From sequence record DRR378314_1125: a stretch of 35,442 bases of DNA; one strand, 5' to 3'. Shown one piece after another: positions 20,199-27,053 of the stretch. The notes beneath the pieces are model-generated. The model did not search any database, was not told the DNA's origin, and worked only from the letters and a program-made list of their open reading frames with translations. Both the position numbers and the translations under genes were made by a program. The number at the start of each line of letters is the position of its first letter. The stretch's first letter is position 1.

Positions 20199-20236
20199 AT
20201 TTAAGACTGTAAGTACGCCCGAGTCAATTTTATGAC
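20199..20236 (-). promoter_or_regulatory. Putative sigma70 promoter of fleQ overlapped by a FleQ-box-like palindrome
   Basis: Minus strand TTGACT-N17-TTAAAT (20227-20199); GTCAATTTTATGAC at 20223-20236. Confidence 0.55.
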
Positions 20237-20237
20237 G

Positions 20238-20564
20238 CTATTTCGGACGATTTAACGAGACGTTTTGATAGGCTTTTGCCGCGCTACGATTCTGATTCAC
20301 CCCTTTCAGCGCTTTCTGGGCATCCGCCCTGGCTTCACTTGCCGAAATATTGGCACGATCGCAAAACGTCTGCAGAGTTGCCAGCCGCTCCCTGACCGGC
20401 TCCGGGCTCAGGTCGCCGGCTTCAAGGGCCGCCATCACCGGTTCAATCGTCGGCTTAACCAGGTCATTTAACCGGGACAGCTCGTCCCAGTTCTTCTCGG
20501 CAAGAGCGGCTTTAAGATGCTCCACCAGGGTATCCACTGCCTCAAGCTGTTCCGGTACCGCCAT
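20238..20564 (-). CDS. FliT/FleP-like flagellar chaperone (108 aa)
   Basis: Helical protein with ALAEKNWDELSRL and terminal NRSAAKAYQ, resembling Pseudomonas FliT/FleP; AAGGAG RBS before ATG 20564; directly upstream of fleQ. Confidence 0.65.
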   Translation of the reverse strand: MAVPEQLEAVDTLVEHLKAALAEKNWDELSRLNDLVKPTIEPVMAALEAGDLSPEPVRERLATLQTFCDRANISASEARADAQKALKGVNQNRSAAKAYQNVSLNRPK

Positions 20565-20634
20565 ATCTGTGTCTCCTTGAGCATGATCCGGTCCGGGAGC
20601 ATCCGGGACCTCGAGGGCCCCGGACCGCCAATGT

Positions 20635-21993
20635 TCAGCGACGAGCGGCTCTTCGAGCTGCCGAAGCCGAGAACTGGTTACCACGGAACCCGGGCTTGAA
20701 GTCATAGGCTGGGAAGCCATTATCCAGACCATCAATGTAGTAGCGCTGGGCCTTCAGATCGTATGTCATCTCCATGGTAGTCCAGAATACCGGCTCACTG
20801 TAATAGCTGATGTTGTGAGCTTCGGAGACACGCCAGAGCTCATCGTTGCCGTCAAACTCCTCCGTGGCGAGAATCTGCCAGCTGTCTTCGTCCACATAGA
20901 ACACGCGACGGGAATAGATATGGCTGATGCCCGTACGCAATTTCGCTTCAACAACCCACACCCTGTGCAGCTCATATCGGGCCAATTCCTGGTTGATGTG
21001 TTGCGGGCGAATAACGTCGTCCGGCTTTACATCGGTATCGTGGAGCTTGTAGGCGTTGTAGGGTACAAAAATTTCCCGTTTGCCCTTCAATTCCCAGTCA
21101 TACTGGTTCGGCGCACCGTTGTACATGTCTTTCTGGTCCACCGACCGGAGGGAAGATGAGTTCGGAAGGTCGGTTTCGTAGGCCAGGTTCGGAGACCGGC
21201 GCAAGCGCCTTGAGCCAGCATCGTATCGCCAGGCAAGTCGGGGCGAGCGAATCTGGTCCAGGGTTTCGTGAACCAGTGTAATCGTGCCTGCGAGACTGGA
21301 AGGCGCGATGGTGTCTGTTTTCAGGTAAAAAATCTTGTTGTCGATATCCGCCAGGTTGGCGCCGCGACGGCTGTAGGCGAAGAAATAGTCGTACTGGTTA
21401 ACAACCTGGTTGTAGGAACCGCTCACCTGGGGCGTTGCGGATGAGCTACGGAACGACAGTTCCTCGCCGCGGTATCGCAGGATATGGTTCCAGATCACTT
21501 CAAGCCCGTTCTGTGGAATCGGGAAGGGACTGGTCATAATGGTGTCACGCACGCCATTACCATTGGCCAGCAGTTCCGCGCTGCGGGCGTTTTCCCGGGA
21601 CTTCTGGTAGACATCCTCCGGAAAGGCCGCGGTTCGACGCGTCTGGTAGACCGGCATAACGAACTCCGGGCCGTACTGCTCAAGCATACGGATATGGCCG
21701 TCGGTGAGTTTGTCACGGTACAGATCCACATTGTCACCGGTAATGACAAACAACGGTTCGTCTTCCGGGAACGGGTTGGTCTCAACCTCACCCTGCTTCC
21801 AATTGGCCGGAGGCGTGGCTAAACCACCGGTCCACTCGGGAATGCTGCCAGACGCATTGCCCTGCCTTTCAGCGCCAACCGGCGTCAGCTCGTTACCCAA
21901 GCGCTGAGCTTCAGACTCGCTGACCTTTGCCAGCGCAACGCCGGAAAACCCAAACAATGCCACTGTAAAACCTGCGACCCATTGGTTCCGCAT
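20635..21993 (-). CDS. DUF1329-family exported protein
   Basis: Signal peptide then the characteristic AKVSESEAQRLGNELTPVGAERQGNASGSIPEWTGG, plus RYELHRVWVVEA and YVDEDSW; GGAGG RBS. Confidence 0.85.
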   Translation of the reverse strand: MRNQWVAGFTVALFGFSGVALAKVSESEAQRLGNELTPVGAERQGNASGSIPEWTGGLATPPANWKQGEVETNPFPEDEPLFVITGDNVDLYRDKLTDGHIRMLEQYGPEFVMPVYQTRRTAAFPEDVYQKSRENARSAELLANGNGVRDTIMTSPFPIPQNGLEVIWNHILRYRGEELSFRSSSATPQVSGSYNQVVNQYDYFFAYSRRGANLADIDNKIFYLKTDTIAPSSLAGTITLVHETLDQIRSPRLAWRYDAGSRRLRRSPNLAYETDLPNSSSLRSVDQKDMYNGAPNQYDWELKGKREIFVPYNAYKLHDTDVKPDDVIRPQHINQELARYELHRVWVVEAKLRTGISHIYSRRVFYVDEDSWQILATEEFDGNDELWRVSEAHNISYYSEPVFWTTMEMTYDLKAQRYYIDGLDNGFPAYDFKPGFRGNQFSASAARRAARR

Positions 21994-22110
21994 TCCCTTC
22001 TACCTCCAAGGTAACCGATCAACCCATCAGCCACTTACGGTTTGGCATGTCCAGACCGGAAACAACAATGGGCGATCAAATGTTATTCAATCGGGGCGCC
22101 TTTTTGCCAA

Positions 22111-22130
22111 ATTCAAACGACCGTTTCAAG
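22111..22130. promoter_or_regulatory. PsrA-type (TetR) operator
   Basis: ATTCAAACGACCGTTTCAAG fits the (C/G)AAAC-N4-GTTT(G/C) PsrA box; lies just downstream of a minus-strand TTGACA (22149-22154) facing the DUF1329 gene. Confidence 0.6.
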
Positions 22131-22254
22131 TGAATCTTTGTAGTTTCTTGTCAAAACCACCAAACCACCGGAGGGAGAAGAAATTTACAACGGGAAATGT
22201 TATAGTTGGCGATTAATTCATCGCATAGCATCGGAAACACCCTCAGGTATTACC

Positions 22255-22731
22255 ATGGCGTCACAGTGGCACTCATTGGTTTCCCAGAAGATTTTTCTGG
22301 CTCGCACCCTACTGGGTCAGCTGGAACACGGCGAAAGCGTTCCAGCAAAAGAGGCCTTTTTACAAGGTGCCATTGAGCTGGGGCTGAGAGCACGACAACT
22401 GACGCTGGTGATGATCGCCCGGGTGTATCAACACAAACAGAGTCAGCCTGATGACCTTGAGGCGCTGGGCGAACTGGTTGGGACCAATACCCCGGAAATG
22501 GCTGAGCTGGAACTGTTGAAGAGTGATGGCCGAAGTTGGTGGAACCATCTTGAGCAACTGGAGCAACACCAGCGCAATCCGCCAGCCACCCGGAAAACCG
22601 TCAGCTCCGAGAACGTGATTGCCGTTGCGGCTGACACCGGTCCGGATCGCTCAAAGAAGGCTCTGGAGAATACTCTGGGCGCGATGAAACACTTTATAGA
22701 TATCCTTGAGGATCGGCACAGCGAGTGGTAA
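22255..22731 (+). CDS. Conserved hypothetical protein (DUF6586-like)
   Basis: QKIFLA and PEMAEL...SWW motifs recalled from the Pseudomonas gene near lexA-sulA; AGGT RBS; extended -10 TGTTATAGT at 22198-22206. Confidence 0.7.
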   Translation: MASQWHSLVSQKIFLARTLLGQLEHGESVPAKEAFLQGAIELGLRARQLTLVMIARVYQHKQSQPDDLEALGELVGTNTPEMAELELLKSDGRSWWNHLEQLEQHQRNPPATRKTVSSENVIAVAADTGPDRSKKALENTLGAMKHFIDILEDRHSEW

Positions 22732-22782
22732 CGAACCACGCAGTTGCCGAAACCAACGGGAATGAACTGAAAGGCTAGCTTA

Positions 22783-23043
22783 ATGTCACCATCGTTTTTC
22801 GAGATCGTACAACTGAGCAACGGAGACTATGCGCTTCGTCGTATCGACGACGACAGTGCGCCACTGGTGCAGATATCATTTTCGACGGAAGCCCGGGAAA
22901 TGATGGAAGACCGGGATATGAACGTAGCAAAGGCCATGATTGCCGCGGGTATCGAAGCGGTCGGTAACGTTGCACATGATATTGACTGGGAAGACGAAGA
23001 GCCGGACACCCAGGACATCCGGCCCTCATACACGCTTCACTGA
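22783..23043 (+). CDS. Small acidic conserved hypothetical protein (86 aa)
   Basis: FFEIVQL...LRR...FS.EA...VAKAM...G...LH pattern, recalled from the Pseudomonas protein convergent with sulA. Confidence 0.75.
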   Translation: MSPSFFEIVQLSNGDYALRRIDDDSAPLVQISFSTEAREMMEDRDMNVAKAMIAAGIEAVGNVAHDIDWEDEEPDTQDIRPSYTLH

Positions 23044-23046
23044 CGA

Positions 23047-23535
23047 TTAACGCTGGCGTAGCACCACGCCATGGCTGTTACCCCGTGCAGAGGCCTGCTC
23101 CAGAGATGCGAGCGCCTCGCGCCCGAGTTTGTGAGTCCACATAACCACTGCGTGACAGGTGCCCGCACTCAGCGCCCGTTCGGCAAGCTCCCCGGCCGGG
23201 TAGTCTGGAGTGGACCTCAACACGAGCAACTCCCCCGCAACGATGCCACGCATGGTCTGCCATTTACTAACAAGGCTTTGGGGCGGATCAATCCAGGCCA
23301 ACCAACGTTTTTCCTGATTTAACTGCGTGAGCATCGGTAGCAATAGCTGGAAGTTCTCCACCTGTCCTTCGGGCAGAATGATCTCGGTGACATTACCCGC
23401 CGGTCTGGCCGGGCGACTTCCGGCACCGGGTGCCCTGACGGAATCACGGCTGCTTATACCGGCAACCTCTGAACCGACAAATCTGCCGCCTCCGTGAGCG
23501 TAGGCCAGATTCTGATTAAAGCTGAGTTGTTCCAT
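23047..23535 (-). CDS. sulA: SOS cell-division inhibitor SulA
   Basis: LLLPMLTQLNQEKRWLAWIDPP and AERALSAGTCHAVVMW; follows lexA; GAGG RBS before ATG 23535. Confidence 0.85.
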   Translation of the reverse strand: MEQLSFNQNLAYAHGGGRFVGSEVAGISSRDSVRAPGAGSRPARPAGNVTEIILPEGQVENFQLLLPMLTQLNQEKRWLAWIDPPQSLVSKWQTMRGIVAGELLVLRSTPDYPAGELAERALSAGTCHAVVMWTHKLGREALASLEQASARGNSHGVVLRQR

Positions 23536-23621
23536 GATAAGCCTCACCTGCCGTTAAGCCGCGCCCGTGGTGTTCAACACTCAACGAAACACAGCCTGAT
23601 ATGTCCGGACACCCCGGGGTA

Positions 23622-24230
23622 TCAGTGAAGATCCGAGCGCCGTATAACACCGACGCCAAGCCCTTCAATGAAGAGTTCCTGCTCTGTCAGATCCACTTCT
23701 ATGGGTTCAAATTCCTCGTTCTCGGCGATCAGGTACACTTTCGAACCTTCCTTGCGGAACCGCTTGACCGTAACTTCCTCACCAACCCTTGCCACAACCA
23801 CCTGGCCGTTGTGCACATCATGGGTGCGATGTACCGCAAGCAGATCGCCATCAAGAATGCCAATGTCCTTCATGCTCATACCACGCACCCTGAGCAGATA
23901 ATCCGCCGAGGGGGAAAAGAACTCAGGCTGCAAGGTGCAATGGTCTTCAATATGCTCTTGGGCGAGAATGGGGCTACCGGCCGCTACCTGCCCGATCACA
24001 GGCAAACCGAGATCGGCCTCAACTTCAGGAAGGCGTATTCCCCGGCTCGCTCCCGGCACCATCTCGATGGCCCCTTTACGGGCCAGCGCCCGAAGATGCT
24101 CTTCGGCGGCGTTGGCAGAACGGAATCCAAGTTCTGCGGCAATTTCCGCACGGGTTGGCGGGTATCCGGTCTCGTCAAGATAGCGACGAATAATATCCAG
24201 TACCTGTGTCTGCCTAGCTGTCAGCTTCAT
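23622..24230 (-). CDS. lexA: SOS repressor LexA (202 aa)
   Basis: [22 protein letters not shown], Ala-Gly cleavage site (VAAG), catalytic Ser (GMSM) and Lys (TVKR). Start is ATG 24230, not 24443. Confidence 0.97.
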   Translation of the reverse strand: MKLTARQTQVLDIIRRYLDETGYPPTRAEIAAELGFRSANAAEEHLRALARKGAIEMVPGASRGIRLPEVEADLGLPVIGQVAAGSPILAQEHIEDHCTLQPEFFSPSADYLLRVRGMSMKDIGILDGDLLAVHRTHDVHNGQVVVARVGEEVTVKRFRKEGSKVYLIAENEEFEPIEVDLTEQELFIEGLGVGVIRRSDLH

Positions 24231-24250
24231 TGAGATTGCCCCGGTTAGCC

Positions 24251-24302
24251 CTGTTTTTATATACAGTGATTTGACTATATACAGTGTTTTATCCAGTGTA
24301 AA
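24251..24302 (-). promoter_or_regulatory. lexA sigma70 promoter with SOS box(es)
   Basis: Perfect SOS box CTGTTTTTATATACAG (24251-24266); minus-strand TTTACA-N17-TATAGT (24302-24274); extra CTGT/CTGG half-sites at 24284 and 24296. Confidence 0.9.
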
Positions 24303-24405
24303 CCCTGTAACGAGAATTTTTCCCTGGAAGGGATTTATTGCCTCCCACCGCTGCCTTTCCCATGTCTGTGATATGGTGAGTGCAACCAGATAGGGAGTCG
24401 CCTGA

Positions 24406-25401
24406 ATGAGCAATAGATGTAGATTACCGGACGTCCTCAACACGGATGACGGCGAGGAACGGAAAGTCGGTGTTGAAATCGAACTTTCCGGTGTTGGTTA
24501 CGAAGAACTTGTATCCTTGTCAGCAAAGCTGTTGGGAGGGACCGGCCGGCCGGTTGCGCGCTATGTATCTGACATTGAGACAGATCTCGGTGCGTTTACC
24601 ATCGAACTGGATTCCGACCCTATCAAGGATCTCGACCTGACGGACGAGCGTCTTCCCGAGTCGGTCAGGGAGCTTGGTGGTCAGGCCATGAGCGTTATTG
24701 ACGCGGCTGCCGAAAAGATTGTGCCGTTGGAGATTGTCAGTCCTCCCCTGCCTTTCAGTAAGCTCGACCGCATCGAGACACTCTGCGACGAGCTTCGCAA
24801 AGCAGGTGCCCTTGGCAGCCGTGAAGCGCTTTATTATGCCTTCGGTTTGCAGTTGAACCCAGAACTGCCGGACCTGAAGGCCACCACACTGGTTCGTTAT
24901 CTGCGGGCATTCGCGGCCCTCTATGAATGGCTGAAGGCACGCCATCAGGTGGATATCAGCCGCAAGCTGACGAGCTACATTGAGCCCTGGAGCAGCACCT
25001 ATATTGACCTTCTGATCGCAGAGGACTACGCCCCGGACATGGAACAGCTAATGCGGGATTACCTGCATTACAATCCGACCCGCAACAAGGCACTGGACCT
25101 GCTTCCGCTGTTTGCATACCTGAACAGTGATCTGCTGGCGGAGTATGTTGAGGATGAACGCATAAAAAGCAGACCGACACTTCATTACCGTCTGCCGGAC
25201 TGCGATATTGACAATCCCGACTGGCATTTTTCCACGGTATGGAACGATTGGATCGTACTGGAACAACTGGCAGCTAATGCTGGCGATCTGTCGACACTGG
25301 TCGCGCAGTTCCGCGACAGCCGGAAACTGAGCTTCCATAACCTGACCCACAGCTGGGTGGACACATCTGACCAGTGGCTCCGGTCCGGGAACTATGTCTG
25401 A
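24406..25401 (+). CDS. Putative amidoligase (glutamine-synthetase-like COOH-NH2 ligase)
   Basis: [30 protein letters not shown] motifs; GGGAG RBS. Confidence 0.78.
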   Translation: MSNRCRLPDVLNTDDGEERKVGVEIELSGVGYEELVSLSAKLLGGTGRPVARYVSDIETDLGAFTIELDSDPIKDLDLTDERLPESVRELGGQAMSVIDAAAEKIVPLEIVSPPLPFSKLDRIETLCDELRKAGALGSREALYYAFGLQLNPELPDLKATTLVRYLRAFAALYEWLKARHQVDISRKLTSYIEPWSSTYIDLLIAEDYAPDMEQLMRDYLHYNPTRNKALDLLPLFAYLNSDLLAEYVEDERIKSRPTLHYRLPDCDIDNPDWHFSTVWNDWIVLEQLAANAGDLSTLVAQFRDSRKLSFHNLTHSWVDTSDQWLRSGNYV

Positions 25402-26134
25402 ACATCCGGCGGAAAAGCCAGAACATCCGGGCCTGACGATTGGCATCAGTGGTCCGGCACGCCGCAGCCTGGCCCACCGGCTGATCACCTTTGCGCTACG
25501 CCTGCATGGCGCGCGCACCCATTTCATCCGTCCCGGATCGAAGGTGGACGTCTCGCTGCTCGATGGCCTTGTGCTTTCTGGCGGCACCCATGTTCACCCA
25601 TCGCGGTACGGGCAATCACCCCAGGTAACCGCCCGTTATGATCAACGCCGGGACGAAACCGACTTTCACCTGCTCTCACGGGCTGAAGAGTTGAACATCC
25701 CGGTGCTTGGGATCTGTCGGGGCGCCCAGTTCATCAACATTTTCCGCGGTGGGTCTCTTTGCCAGAACGTTACGCCCCTGCGGGTGAACACCCGCCACAG
25801 GCCCTTGCTGTTGCCGTTGCAAACGGTTCGGGTGGTCAGTGACAGCCGACTCGGCCAGGTAATGCAAAGTCCGGTCATTGGGGCAAACCGCATCCATAGC
25901 CAGAGTATCAAAAAGCTGGGAACACACTTGCGTGTCGTGGCTGTGGACAACGATTCGTTTGTGCAGGCCATCGAAAATACACGGGGCCAATGGTTGATGG
26001 GTATCCAATGGCATCCGGAATACCTGCTCTACCATGGTGGCCACCGGCGAATTTTCAGCCATTTCGTACACGCGGCGGAAAGTCGAAAATTAATTCGGCT
26101 GGATGAACCTGACGACGCCGGGAAAGACCATTAA
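25394..26134 (+). CDS. Class I glutamine amidotransferase / peptidase C26 (PuuD-like gamma-glutamyl hydrolase family)
   Basis: LSGG, nucleophile elbow GICRG, QWHPE (Cys-His-Glu triad); overlaps the upstream gene by 8 nt. Confidence 0.87.
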   Translation: MSEHPAEKPEHPGLTIGISGPARRSLAHRLITFALRLHGARTHFIRPGSKVDVSLLDGLVLSGGTHVHPSRYGQSPQVTARYDQRRDETDFHLLSRAEELNIPVLGICRGAQFINIFRGGSLCQNVTPLRVNTRHRPLLLPLQTVRVVSDSRLGQVMQSPVIGANRIHSQSIKKLGTHLRVVAVDNDSFVQAIENTRGQWLMGIQWHPEYLLYHGGHRRIFSHFVHAAESRKLIRLDEPDDAGKDH

Positions 26135-26141
26135 ATGCCGC

Positions 26142-26342
26142 TTAAAGCGGCAGGTAACGTTGCAACACCGCCTTGATTTCACGGATTTCCCGAGCATCCT
26201 CTGGCAGAGCCGTCAAATAACGGGACGCCCACTCTTTCAGTTGCTGGCGGGTGGTCACATAATGGGGATCGCTCCCCGTCAGCCTGAACAGGATATCGCG
26301 CTCGCGGGGTGTCAACCTGACCTGATTCTTGTGCAATAACAT
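26142..26342 (-). CDS. Small hypothetical protein (66 aa)
   Basis: MLLHKNQVRLTPRERDILFRLTGSDP...EIKAVLQRYLPL fills the gap between the GATase and SIMPL genes without overlap; amphipathic helices; weak RBS. Confidence 0.55.
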   Translation of the reverse strand: MLLHKNQVRLTPRERDILFRLTGSDPHYVTTRQQLKEWASRYLTALPEDAREIREIKAVLQRYLPL

Positions 26343-26354
26343 GGAGACCCGACA

Positions 26355-27044
26355 ATGTTCCAGAATGCCCATCGATACCTGCTGGTACCAGCAGCCCTGA
26401 TCCTGCTTCCCCTGACCGTAGCGGCGGCAGAAGTCAGCCTGAGCGGTCAGGCCTCTGTGAAGTATACGCCAGACAGTGCCCGGCTGCAGTTCACAGCCAG
26501 CGCTGAACACAACTTGCCTGAGACGGCCACGCAAAAAGTCAACGAACAGATGGAACAATGGCGCGAAGGCATTGAAGACTTTCGCGATCAACTCAAGTCC
26601 TACAGTGACGCCTCGCTGAATCTCTACAGTCGTTCCGTGCCGTCACCAGAGCGAGGCCAGGAACCCGAACGAATGGCGGTGGCATCGCAGACGGTCAGTT
26701 TTACCATCGATGACCTTTCCCTTCTCAACCCGATTCTTGCTGAGGCACAATCACTGGGCATGGACTACAACGTGGGCCCGCACCAGTTTTTCCATTCAGA
26801 CGAGAGTGGCTTGCGAAAACAAGCACTTGCGGGCGCCATCGCCGACGCAAAGGCACGATGCGAGTTTGTCGCCAGGGAACTCGACAAGCAGTGTGGCGAC
26901 GTGATCAACATCAACGTCGACGGCGGCCACCAGCCTCCGGTTCCTATGATGGCGGAAATGCGCTCCGCCACATCGGACGCGGTCTCCGAAGTGGGCTCCC
27001 GGGAACTGCAGGCGCGGGTCAGCGCAACCTTTGAGCTGCAATAG
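26355..27044 (+). CDS. SIMPL/DUF541-family periplasmic protein
   Basis: Signal peptide, VSLSGQASVKYTPDSA, ALAGAIADAKARC, VSATFEL; GGAG RBS. Confidence 0.85.
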   Translation: MFQNAHRYLLVPAALILLPLTVAAAEVSLSGQASVKYTPDSARLQFTASAEHNLPETATQKVNEQMEQWREGIEDFRDQLKSYSDASLNLYSRSVPSPERGQEPERMAVASQTVSFTIDDLSLLNPILAEAQSLGMDYNVGPHQFFHSDESGLRKQALAGAIADAKARCEFVARELDKQCGDVININVDGGHQPPVPMMAEMRSATSDAVSEVGSRELQARVSATFELQ

Positions 27045-27053
27045 AGCCGCTGC

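Noticed and set aside
1268..20235. Many long plus-strand ORFs (e.g. 1268..2029, 12856..13746, 13595..14773, 19516..20235)
   Set aside because: All lie antisense to well-supported flagellar genes and have H/R/Q-rich shadow-frame composition.
20565..20735. N-terminal extension of the FliT-like ORF
   Set aside because: Overlaps the DUF1329 3' end; a strong AAGGAG RBS supports ATG 20564.
23548..23621. Short palindromes between lexA and sulA (GTGTTCAACAC, TGTCCGGACA, CCCCGGGG)
   Set aside because: Too short, no SOS box or U-tract; consistent with chance.
24231..24443. 71-aa N-terminal extension of LexA in the ORF track
   Set aside because: It runs through the SOS boxes and promoter; canonical LexA begins MKLTARQ at 24230.
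26343..26591. N-terminal 83 codons of ORF 26142..26591
   Set aside because: Antisense to the SIMPL gene; only the part from ATG 26342 is plausible.
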